Shown here piece after piece: positions 38,539 to 47,383 of a stretch of DNA of 64,000 nucleotides. The DNA is taken from the NCBI GenBank assembly GCA_965552055.1, contig CBEVQO010000003.1, positions 1-64,000 of the forward strand. Reading direction: 5' to 3'. The stretch is from an uncultured bacterium. Its GTDB lineage: Bacteria > Hydrothermota > UBA3073 > NMUJ01 > CBEVQO01. How positions within the stretch are numbered: the first letter of the stretch is position 1; every line of letters begins with the position of its first letter. The notes below the pieces were generated by a model, which was given only the letters and a program-made list of their open reading frames with translations, was not told the DNA's origin and did not search any database. The translations under genes were made by a program, and so were the position numbers.

Positions 38539-38565
38539 ATTATAATCGAAAAATAAATTTGTCAA
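38539..38565 (-). promoter_or_regulatory. sigma70-like promoter, 15-bp spacer
   Basis: TTGACA(38565-38560)-N15-TATAAT(38544-38539). Confidence 0.75.
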
Positions 38566-39627
38566 TCAAAATTCTACTCCAAGTCCTTTATTTTCTGTGA
38601 TATAATTTTCGCCTTCTTTTGTGATTACACCACCTTCTGCTATATCTTTTTTCAAAAACAAATGCCCATCTAAATCTGCATATTTTACATTTTTTACCGA
38701 TAGTGCAAAATGTGTGCCAGCAGAGACGCCTATCCTTGTCTCAACCATACATCCCACCATGCACGGAATACCTGCTGATTCCGCAATTGATGCAATTTTA
38801 AGGGCTTCGCAAATTCCACCACTTTTCATAAGTTTTATATTTATTACATCGCAACAATTTTCTTTAATAACTTTCAGAGCATCTCTCGCTGTATGCACAC
38901 TTTCATCGAGCATTACTGGTATTCCTATTTTATCCCTTAAAATCCGCAGTTCGTTCAATTGATAGTATGGGAGAGGTTGCTCAAAAAGTTCGATTTCATA
39001 TTTTTCCACTTCTTTTGCAAATTTTACTGCTTCTTTCAGATTATAGCCCTGATTTGCATCAACTCTTATTTTAACATCATAACCTATTGCATCACGCAAT
39101 TCTTTAATTTTTTCGATATCTTCCTTTAAATTTAATCCAACTTTTATTTTCAAAACCTTTGCTCCAAATCTTTTTATAATTTCCTGTGCTTCCTTTATAG
39201 TTTCTTCAATCGACTTTATCCCGATAGTTATGGATGTTGTGATTTTTTCCTTATCTTTACCGAGCAAATCCCTTAAAGGTAGTCCAAAATATTTTGCTTT
39301 TATATCCCATAAAGCAATATCAACCGCACATTTTGCCGATGTGTTGTGTAAAAGCATTTGATTTAAATCATCCATTATTTTTTGTATTTCGAGTGGATTT
39401 TTCCCGATAAGATAATTTTTAAATAGATTTAGCACAGAGCAAACAGTATCTGTAGTTTCGCCTGTTATACGCTCAGATGGTGCTGCTTCGCCTACGCCTT
39501 TAATTCCTTCATCTGTGATGATTTTTAAAAGCACTCCTTCGTGATAATATGATGTGCCGAGAGCAATTTTAAAAGGTGATTCCAGTTCTATTTTGAATTT
39601 TTCCCATTTTACATCAACGATTTTCAT
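38566..39627 (-). CDS. L-Ala-D/L-Glu dipeptide epimerase (enolase superfamily)
   Basis: KIKVG, DANQGY, EQP, DES, NIKLMKSGG, GCMVE, DLDG; ATGA overlap start. Confidence 0.9.
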   Translation of the reverse strand: MKIVDVKWEKFKIELESPFKIALGTSYYHEGVLLKIITDEGIKGVGEAAPSERITGETTDTVCSVLNLFKNYLIGKNPLEIQKIMDDLNQMLLHNTSAKCAVDIALWDIKAKYFGLPLRDLLGKDKEKITTSITIGIKSIEETIKEAQEIIKRFGAKVLKIKVGLNLKEDIEKIKELRDAIGYDVKIRVDANQGYNLKEAVKFAKEVEKYEIELFEQPLPYYQLNELRILRDKIGIPVMLDESVHTARDALKVIKENCCDVINIKLMKSGGICEALKIASIAESAGIPCMVGCMVETRIGVSAGTHFALSVKNVKYADLDGHLFLKKDIAEGGVITKEGENYITENKGLGVEF

Positions 39628-40364
39628 TTTATTTCGATTTCCCTTATTTCTTCTATTAACTTTGCAAGTGCATTTATGTGTGCTTCCCACAACTTTTTGC
39701 CTTTTTCCTTTGTTGCTTTCTCTGGATAGCCCATAGCACCTGTATCTGTAACATCTTTTGTTTTGAAGTTCCAGTTTATTCCTGTGCTGAAGCGTAAAAT
39801 TTCTTTTGGATATCTGAAATCTGGGTTTTTAATTTTTTCTTTTCTTACGAGTTCTTCGCGATTATAAAGTGATGTTGATGTTTCTTTTTCGCCTGCATGG
39901 AAATCTTCTTTTTCTTCCGCTATCTCTTCTTTTACTATTTCTCCTGAATCAACGATTACAATCATATTCAATTTATGTCTTATTATTTGAGATGCGCAGG
40001 TTAGGGCTGCTTTATTTCCGCCATGTCCGTTTACAATTATCATTTTTCTTACTCCGTGTTTCTTCAAGCATTCAGCGATTTCTATTACCATATTTTTTAA
40101 AGTATCGGGCGATATCGATATCGTTCCTGCAAAATCGAGGTGATGATATGATACACCGTAGTTTATGGGTGGAAGAATGAGAGGTTTCGGCTCTTTTACT
40201 CTTTCTACTGCCTCTTCGCAGAGCCATAGTGCGTCAAAAGAGTCGGTATCAAGTGGGAGATGTAATGAGTGCTGTTCGCAGCTGCCTACGGGCAAAAGCA
40301 CAATATCACATTTTTTAAGATATTCTTTTATCTCATCCCATGTAAAATGCCCCCAATGTATCAT
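39624..40364 (-). CDS. Creatininase family protein
   Basis: PVGSCEQHSLHLPLDTD, GVSYHH, NGHGGN, HAGEKETS. Confidence 0.9.
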   Translation of the reverse strand: MIHWGHFTWDEIKEYLKKCDIVLLPVGSCEQHSLHLPLDTDSFDALWLCEEAVERVKEPKPLILPPINYGVSYHHLDFAGTISISPDTLKNMVIEIAECLKKHGVRKMIIVNGHGGNKAALTCASQIIRHKLNMIVIVDSGEIVKEEIAEEKEDFHAGEKETSTSLYNREELVRKEKIKNPDFRYPKEILRFSTGINWNFKTKDVTDTGAMGYPEKATKEKGKKLWEAHINALAKLIEEIREIEIK

Positions 40365-41359
40365 ATTTTTTCAATATTAAAAAATATATCGATGCCTTCG
40401 GATGACATTTTCCAAATTTTTCTTTCGTCTATCCTTTCTGCAATTGTCTGGTTATTTTGCTTTTTAACATGAAAGATATTAATTTCATCTGCTTCAGTTT
40501 TTTCAATTATCGGGATGAGAAAATAAGGATTGTGGGTTGATATAAAATATTGATTTTCTTTATCGAGCGCAATTATTTCTGCAATATAGTGAGTGTAAGC
40601 AGGGAAAGAATGAGTTTCGGGTTCTTCGAATAAAATGACAGAGTTTTTGTTCGACTTTATTGCCGTTAAGTAAAAAATTAATCTTTTAAATGTGTCAGAA
40701 AGCGAAGAATAAGACAAAATTGCAGGTTCTTCGTTAATATGCAAAATAAAATCGTAAGTAAATTTTTCGTGATTAAAGGCGAATTCTATTTTTTCACTTT
40801 TCATTAATCTTATTAACAAATTTTTTAATTTGGGTGTGATTTTTATAACGCTCCATAAATTGTAGCCCGAAACAGGTAAAAGAAAGTTAACATCTTCAAT
40901 ATGTTCGTATTTTTCAAGTTGTTTAAATCGATATAGCTTGAATTTGGCAAAAGGTTCGGGTAAAAGTGGAGTGTCCCGCGGTTCTCCTGTTAGATTTCCT
41001 TTTATATCGAATGAAAATACATCTTCTTGTTTCTCATTTTGATAAAACTTTATAATGCCTTCTCTTTTTTTAAAACCTAACTCTATTTTAGTATTTTCTA
41101 TTTGGATTACACTGTTCTGAGATACCTCTTTGCCGTAAAAAATTTCGTCAAAAGTGAAAAATCTTACAAATTCTTTCAAAATATCTTTAACGATATTTCT
41201 AAGCATGCGAAAAAATCCATAAAATCCCAATAATCCGATAGCCTCCAGAATGTTGGATTTACCTGTATTTGCTTCTCCAATAAGGATGTTAATTCTACGG
41301 CATTCTAAACTCAATTTTTTTATTGATTTAAAATTTTCAATCGTTATTTCTTTTATCAT
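40361..41359 (-). CDS. AAA_21/ABC-type ATPase (OLD/AbiEii-like), stand-alone
   Basis: IENFKSI, GEANTGKSNILEA, LSDT signature, LFEEPE, STHNP. Confidence 0.8.
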   Translation of the reverse strand: MIKEITIENFKSIKKLSLECRRINILIGEANTGKSNILEAIGLLGFYGFFRMLRNIVKDILKEFVRFFTFDEIFYGKEVSQNSVIQIENTKIELGFKKREGIIKFYQNEKQEDVFSFDIKGNLTGEPRDTPLLPEPFAKFKLYRFKQLEKYEHIEDVNFLLPVSGYNLWSVIKITPKLKNLLIRLMKSEKIEFAFNHEKFTYDFILHINEEPAILSYSSLSDTFKRLIFYLTAIKSNKNSVILFEEPETHSFPAYTHYIAEIIALDKENQYFISTHNPYFLIPIIEKTEADEINIFHVKKQNNQTIAERIDERKIWKMSSEGIDIFFNIEKI

Positions 41360-42318
41360 ACTTTTACTTTCTGGAATTTGCGTACGAATGATTTTATTTT
41401 GTTTGCGATACTTTCTGGCGTTAAGCCATATTTTTCATATAATTCTTTCGGAGTGCCAGATTCACAGAACCTATCTTCGATTCCTATTTTCAAAAGATAA
41501 ACGGGATATTCTTTTAAAAGCACTTCACCTACAGCATCTCCAAGTCCTCCTATTATCGTATGGTCTTCACATGTTACTATCAATTTCGTTTTTTTAGCGT
41601 ATTTTATGATTGTGCGTCTGTCTATTGGTTTCACGCTATATGCGTCAATAACGGCTGCATTTATGCCTTCGTTTTCAAGCATTTCAGCAGCTAAAAGTGC
41701 ATTCCCCACCAGTAAACCTATTGCAAAGATTGCTACATCTTCGCCATCACGCAAAATAAAAGATTTGCCAACTTCGAATTCTTCTATTCCTTTGTAAATT
41801 ACAGGAAGAGAAGGGCGTGTCAGTCGAATATAGAAAGGTCCATCAATGTAAGCTACCTTTTTGACCAACATTTTTGTCTGATATGCATCCGATGGCACCA
41901 ATACTCTCATTCCGGGTATTGCACGCATGAGTGCTATATCTTCAGTTGCCTGATGTGTTACACCATCCTGTCCTGTTGCTATTCCTCCGTGTGTCGCTAC
42001 AATTTTAACATTCAAATACGGGTAAGCGATACTTGTGCGAATTTGCTCCCATGCTCTACCTGTTGCAAATATTGCAAATGTACTCGCAAACACTATTTTG
42101 CCACTCAAAGCAAGACCCGCAGCGGTGCCCATCATATCCTGTTCGGAAATACCAACATCGAAGAATCTTTCAGGGAATTTTTTACCGAACTCTATTGTTT
42201 TTGTTGACTTTGCCAAATCTGCATCCAGCACCACTATTCTTTTGTCTTGCGAGCCCAATTCAATAAGTGCCTCCGCATAAGCCTTCCTTGGCGATAATAC
42301 TTTATTTATGTCAATCAT
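41356..42318 (-). CDS. Transketolase C-terminal subunit
   Basis: DADLAKST, GISEQ, GQDGVTHQ, EDHTIIGGLG. Confidence 0.93.
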   Translation of the reverse strand: MIDINKVLSPRKAYAEALIELGSQDKRIVVLDADLAKSTKTIEFGKKFPERFFDVGISEQDMMGTAAGLALSGKIVFASTFAIFATGRAWEQIRTSIAYPYLNVKIVATHGGIATGQDGVTHQATEDIALMRAIPGMRVLVPSDAYQTKMLVKKVAYIDGPFYIRLTRPSLPVIYKGIEEFEVGKSFILRDGEDVAIFAIGLLVGNALLAAEMLENEGINAAVIDAYSVKPIDRRTIIKYAKKTKLIVTCEDHTIIGGLGDAVGEVLLKEYPVYLLKIGIEDRFCESGTPKELYEKYGLTPESIANKIKSFVRKFQKVKV

Positions 42319-43135
42319 TTTCCTCCAACTCCTTTAAGGCAATTTCTGCCTGCTCAGGGGTTGGAGCTTTACCATGCCAGTCAACCTGCCCCTCCATAAA
42401 ACTCACACCTTTGCCCTTTATAGTATTTGCTATTATCATCGTGGGTTTGCCTTTTATCTTCTCTGCCTCCTTAAATGCGTTAAAAATTTGTTCATAATTA
42501 TGACCATCTATGACGATTGTATGCCAGCCGAAACTTTCCCATTTTTCTTTCAGAGGATAGGGGTCTTTCACTTCTTTTATTTTGCCATCTATTTGTAAGC
42601 CATTGTGGTCGAGTATTGCACATAAATTATCAAGTTTGTATTTTTTTGCGGTCATAGCAGCTTCCCATATCTGTCCTTCATCAATTTCACCGTCTCCTAT
42701 TAAGCAATAAACTCTGTAACTCTTTTTATCTATTTTTGCTGCAAGAGCCATACCATTTGCTATAGATAATCCCTGACCAAGAGAGCCCGTTGTTGCTTCA
42801 ACTCCTGGCGTGTCCATATTATAGGGGTGTCCCTGTAATTTGCTTCCTACTTTTCTTAATGTTTTCAGCCATTCTCGTGGGAAAAAGCCTGCGAGTGCCA
42901 GCACAGCATAAAGACAGGGAGCAGCATGACCCTTTGATAACACAAATCTATCCCTATCTTCCCATTGCGGATTTTCAGGGTCATATCTTAAAATTCCACC
43001 AAAATAGAGTGCAACTATTATTTCGACACATGAGAGAGAACCACCCGGATGCCCGGAACCTGCTCTCACAAGCATTTTTATTATCTCTTTCCTGACTTCT
43101 TTTGCTATCCTTTTTAATTCTTTATAATTTTTCAT
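42311..43135 (-). CDS. Transketolase N-terminal subunit
   Basis: SGHPGGSLS, LSKGHA, TGSLGQG, GDGE, WHGKAP. Confidence 0.95.
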   Translation of the reverse strand: MKNYKELKRIAKEVRKEIIKMLVRAGSGHPGGSLSCVEIIVALYFGGILRYDPENPQWEDRDRFVLSKGHAAPCLYAVLALAGFFPREWLKTLRKVGSKLQGHPYNMDTPGVEATTGSLGQGLSIANGMALAAKIDKKSYRVYCLIGDGEIDEGQIWEAAMTAKKYKLDNLCAILDHNGLQIDGKIKEVKDPYPLKEKWESFGWHTIVIDGHNYEQIFNAFKEAEKIKGKPTMIIANTIKGKGVSFMEGQVDWHGKAPTPEQAEIALKELEEND

Positions 43136-44061
43136 TTTTTCTCCTCTTTTAATTTGCTTACAAGTTTTTCTGCAAGTTTTATTGCTTCAATCATACTGCT
43201 TGGATTTGCTTCACCTTTTCCCGCAATATCATAAGCAGTTCCATGGATAGGTGATGTCCTTACAAAAGGTAATCCTATTGTAACATTTACTGCTTTTTCG
43301 AAAGCTTTAACCTTTACGGGAATTGTCCCTTGATCGTGGTACATTGCAACGATAGCATCATATTCTTTTACAAAAGCAGCATCTGCACCAACAGGACCTT
43401 CAACATTTATCCCCTTTTTCTGTGCATCAACGACAGCCGGTTCTATAACCTCTTCTTCCTCTATTCCGAATTCACCATGCGGATTTAAAGCACACACAAC
43501 TATTTTCGGATTTTCCATATCGAGTTTATGACGCAAAAAGTCATCTGTTAAAACAATTGTCTCGAGTACACTTATTTTACTCAATTTCTTTGGTACTTCG
43601 CAAATAGGTATATGTGTTGTTACAAGCGATACCTTAATTTCGTCCGATACATACATCATAACGCATCTTGGTGCTTTTGTATAAGAAGCAAGAATTTCGG
43701 TATGTCCCGGATAATTTATCCCTGCAAGCATGAATGCCCTTTTGTGTATGGGAGCCGTAACAATTCCTTTTATTTCGCCTTTAAGTGCCATATCGATAGC
43801 CCTTACAATCGCCTTATAAGCTGCTTTACCTCCCTGTTTTGTCGCCCTTCCATAAGGCACCTCATCTCTCATAAGTTCTCCTGTATCCACGATATTTTCT
43901 GGTGGAGGTAATTCGAGTTTTTCAGCTTCTGCCTCGATTAAATTCTCAGCACCAATCACTATGTATTTGTTCCATGCTTTTAGCTCGTTGAGTGCTTTCA
44001 GTATCACTTCAATTCCGATGCCCGAAGGGTCTCCCATTGTGATAGCAATATCAGGCATCAC
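43132..44061 (-). CDS. pdxA: 4-hydroxythreonine-4-phosphate dehydrogenase
   Basis: TMGDPSGIG, GHTE, LNPHG, MYHDQG, RTSPIHGTAYDIAG. Confidence 0.93.
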   Translation of the reverse strand: MMPDIAITMGDPSGIGIEVILKALNELKAWNKYIVIGAENLIEAEAEKLELPPPENIVDTGELMRDEVPYGRATKQGGKAAYKAIVRAIDMALKGEIKGIVTAPIHKRAFMLAGINYPGHTEILASYTKAPRCVMMYVSDEIKVSLVTTHIPICEVPKKLSKISVLETIVLTDDFLRHKLDMENPKIVVCALNPHGEFGIEEEEVIEPAVVDAQKKGINVEGPVGADAAFVKEYDAIVAMYHDQGTIPVKVKAFEKAVNVTIGLPFVRTSPIHGTAYDIAGKGEANPSSMIEAIKLAEKLVSKLKEEKK

Positions 44062-45215
44062 ATCCTCACTTCTACATACACCTCTTTTTTCATTTCTTCA
44101 CTTAAAATATCTCTATAATGCTGTAATTTGCGTTCAAGCAAATAATTTTTTAAATCTTCTTTTATCTCTTCAAATTCAGGAGTTTTTGCTTCTCTTTTTT
44201 CGATTATTTTCATAATATAAAATCCATCGGGTCTGTTAAAGGAATAAATTTCTCCTTCTTTTACCTCATCGATATCAATATTTACACTCAATGCGTCTAA
44301 CGGTATGAAATTTTCACTGAAATCATATACTCTGTAATTAATATCATCGATTTGATTATTTGCGAGCAGTTCTTTCACCATTTCCACTTCTCCGAGAGTA
44401 AAAATAGAATCTTTTTTCGTTGGTTTCACTTTAATTGCTATATCTTTTATTTCTGCCAAATCTCCTCTTTTACTTTCGCACTCTATTATGTGTATCGCAT
44501 CTTTTGTATAAATTTTTCTGATTTCTTTTGGCTTCATATTTTCTATTTCTACTCTAAAAATGGGCGATAAATTCGATATCCTCACTGTATATCGTATCCT
44601 TGGTATATCGGAATAAAGTTGTGCTATTTCGTCGAAATTTTCTTCGTTTATCATTTTCATTACTTCACTGGCTTTTTCTTCTGCTTTTTCTTTTGCTTCT
44701 TCAGAGATGTAATAGGGCACTTCTACAGCGATAAATTTTATTGCACTCGGAAATTGTGGTAAAGAATCTTTTTTCTTCAGGTAAAATAGATAAGCTTCGA
44801 GGTCTGTTACAAATGGGATGCTATATTTTTTCTGCAACAATTTTTGTATCATAAGTTCTTCCTTTGCTTCCTTTGTTAATTTATCATAAAGCATATCAAT
44901 AGTTAAGCCCTGTTTACTTAATTCTTTTTTGAAATCCTCTTCTGATGGGAAATTTCTTTTCATATTTTCTACCATTTTATCTACCTGTGGGAAAACTTCT
45001 TCATCGCTAACGATTATACTCTCTTTCTCTGCCATTTTGAATAATAATTTCCTTTGTATCATCAATTTCAGGATATCTTTCTCCGGTAAACCTGTTGTCA
45101 TGCGTGTTATTTCGATTTCGCTCCTTGTTATAACTTTTTCTCCAACTACTGCTACTATTTCATCTGTAAAACCTGTTAATTGTGAAATTAAAAATAAACT
45201 AATGTAGCAAATCAT
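44058..45215 (-). CDS. SurA-like chaperone/parvulin PPIase
   Basis: IVAVVGEKVITRSE SurA N-domain, FDEIAQLYSD; adjacent to pdxA. Confidence 0.75.
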   Translation of the reverse strand: MICYISLFLISQLTGFTDEIVAVVGEKVITRSEIEITRMTTGLPEKDILKLMIQRKLLFKMAEKESIIVSDEEVFPQVDKMVENMKRNFPSEEDFKKELSKQGLTIDMLYDKLTKEAKEELMIQKLLQKKYSIPFVTDLEAYLFYLKKKDSLPQFPSAIKFIAVEVPYYISEEAKEKAEEKASEVMKMINEENFDEIAQLYSDIPRIRYTVRISNLSPIFRVEIENMKPKEIRKIYTKDAIHIIECESKRGDLAEIKDIAIKVKPTKKDSIFTLGEVEMVKELLANNQIDDINYRVYDFSENFIPLDALSVNIDIDEVKEGEIYSFNRPDGFYIMKIIEKREAKTPEFEEIKEDLKNYLLERKLQHYRDILSEEMKKEVYVEVRM

Positions 45216-46035
45216 AATTTATTTCGACTTTTACTTTTTTCTTCAGAGAATCGAGTAAACTCTGAAGCACCCTTTTTGCTTTCTCTGCTCTAAGCATATC
45301 TTCCAGTTTATATTTAACATCGTCAAATGTTATTTTCTTCTTTAATTTTCTTTTTCTCAAGCATTTTAAAATATGGTATCCCCATACGGTTTTAATTGGC
45401 TTACTTATTTCTCCGGGGTTAAGTCGGAATAAAGCATCTTCAAGTGTTTTGTCACCAAGTTCGCCCCTCCTTACAGTACCAATGAAGCCGTCGTTTTGTT
45501 TAAAAGGTTCTATTGAATATTTCCTTACCATTTCAGTAAAATCCGCACCTTCTTTTAATTTCTCATAAATCTCCTCTGCAGTGGCTAAATCCTTTACAAC
45601 GATTTGTGCAGCATCTATTTCTATGTTCAATTCATCCTTCAATGAATCATAATACGCCTTTAACTCTTCCGGTGATACAAAAATTTTATCCTGAATGTAT
45701 CTGTTTAAAAATTCATTTGCTAGCATTGCGTGCATCGCTTCTTTTAATCTTTCTCTGACATCGGGCTCCTTATCCAATCCCATTTTCTTTGCTTTATAGT
45801 AAAGTAGCTCCTGATTGACCCATTGTTCAACGAGTTGTTTTTTATCCTCAAAAGTCATTTGCGAAAGATATTCCGGTGGTATAGTCTGGTAGAATCTCGA
45901 TATCGTGAGATATTCTTTCCCTACTCTGGCGATATATTTCTCCGGTGCACTTTTCGCAATCCTCATACCTATGAATATCCCTGCAACACATAAAAGAACC
46001 GCCACCACTATATATATTAGCGTTTCCTTTTTCAT
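45199..46035 (-). CDS. PrsA/PpiC-type peptidylprolyl isomerase
   Basis: N-terminal TM, GADFTEMVRKYS, GEISKPIKTVWGYHI. Confidence 0.85.
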   Translation of the reverse strand: MKKETLIYIVVAVLLCVAGIFIGMRIAKSAPEKYIARVGKEYLTISRFYQTIPPEYLSQMTFEDKKQLVEQWVNQELLYYKAKKMGLDKEPDVRERLKEAMHAMLANEFLNRYIQDKIFVSPEELKAYYDSLKDELNIEIDAAQIVVKDLATAEEIYEKLKEGADFTEMVRKYSIEPFKQNDGFIGTVRRGELGDKTLEDALFRLNPGEISKPIKTVWGYHILKCLRKRKLKKKITFDDVKYKLEDMLRAEKAKRVLQSLLDSLKKKVKVEINYDLLH

Positions 46036-47351
46036 AATTCCACCTCCATTAACAAATTGCGATTTACCCTTACTTTATATTTCTTCGTTAGTTTATTGAT
46101 AAGTGAATCTGTTATTGCTTTTATCCTCTCTCTCCTTAATTTATGTCGGATTTTCATCCTTACCTCTAAATATCTTTTTCCAATCTCCTTCTTATGCTTT
46201 TTATAATAATTGTAAACATCATGCCATGTTACTTCTGCCTTCTGCCATATATATTCCCTTTTATAAGATTCCACCATCAATTTATCTTCTAAATTCTGTA
46301 TTGCTTTATAATATCGTGGAGATTTATGCAACAGCATTCTTTTTGCCTGATTTATCAGAAGATACTTTGAAAGTGCGAGGTCTCTCAGAAATTTTTTTAT
46401 AGTCCTTGGTCTGTTAAAAATTATACGACTTTTAATATTCATCGCTTCATTTATGAATTGAAGTGCATTTATCTCTTTATTATCCCATCTGCAGAGCCAC
46501 ATTTTGTGTTCTTTGAAACGCAGATAGGGTAGAGGATTGACAGGATTCTCCTTTCGCACAGCTTCTGTCCTTTTAGCAAGTTCGTTAATAAGTGAATCAT
46601 TATATTGCAGACCATAGAGCCATTCAAGATAAGAATAATAATCGTTAATCAACTTATATCTCATTCTTGCGACTACTTCTCTTCTCTTACTTAAACTGGC
46701 AAATGGTTTAAATGCTCTTTCTTCCCAATACGCAAAATCCTCTGGCATCACAATGTAATATTTCTCTCCATCTTTAAATGGCAAAGAAATTTGTCCCTTT
46801 TTCAAAGAAAATACTACATTCATAAATTTGCGACTACGCTGTAAGCCATTTACCCAGCCAATAAATCCTCCATCTTTCTTTGACCTTAAATCTTTTGAAT
46901 ATCTCATAGCAAGTTCATCAAATTTTTTGCCTTTTCTTAGTTCGTGAAATACAAGCCATGCGGTATCTTTTGTGTTAAATTCCATGACCCAAAGTTTCGC
47001 TCTTTTCCTGAATCTGTACCACAATAGACGCAATCTCACATAAACCTCCCGGGAATCAACAGAAGGTAACCTGCTTTTTATAACACTGTTATACAATAAC
47101 TTCAAAAGGGTATCTTTTTTTACTTCTTTTAACAAATATTTTATTCTCTCACGAAATAGCTTATTTTCGGCATCCAGCAAAAATAATTTTTCACATATCA
47201 GAGAATCGATAACCCTTTTTCGTGTTGAAAAACTATCAGGATTTTCATAATTTTTTAATGCTTTTTTAAATTCTTCAACGGTTACAGGTAAAGTATCAAC
47301 CCATGCTACCGCTTTTACATTCATCATAGATATTAAAATCAACATAAGCAT
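46032..47351 (-). CDS. Parvulin-type PPIase domain protein (basic)
   Basis: GKKFDELAMRYSKD..SKKDGGFIGW, GQISLP. Confidence 0.75.
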   Translation of the reverse strand: MLMLILISMMNVKAVAWVDTLPVTVEEFKKALKNYENPDSFSTRKRVIDSLICEKLFLLDAENKLFRERIKYLLKEVKKDTLLKLLYNSVIKSRLPSVDSREVYVRLRLLWYRFRKRAKLWVMEFNTKDTAWLVFHELRKGKKFDELAMRYSKDLRSKKDGGFIGWVNGLQRSRKFMNVVFSLKKGQISLPFKDGEKYYIVMPEDFAYWEERAFKPFASLSKRREVVARMRYKLINDYYSYLEWLYGLQYNDSLINELAKRTEAVRKENPVNPLPYLRFKEHKMWLCRWDNKEINALQFINEAMNIKSRIIFNRPRTIKKFLRDLALSKYLLINQAKRMLLHKSPRYYKAIQNLEDKLMVESYKREYIWQKAEVTWHDVYNYYKKHKKEIGKRYLEVRMKIRHKLRRERIKAITDSLINKLTKKYKVRVNRNLLMEVEL

Positions 47352-47356
47352 CCTCT

Positions 47357-47383
47357 ATTTTAATCAAAAAATAATTTTAGCAA
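47357..47383 (-). promoter_or_regulatory. sigma70-like promoter, 15-bp spacer
   Basis: TTGCTA-N15-TAAAAT; ATG at 47351. Confidence 0.55.

Noticed and set aside
44058..47351. Three tandem PPIase genes as a novel system
   Set aside because: An mfd-PPIase-surA-pdxA neighbourhood is an ordinary envelope-chaperone cluster
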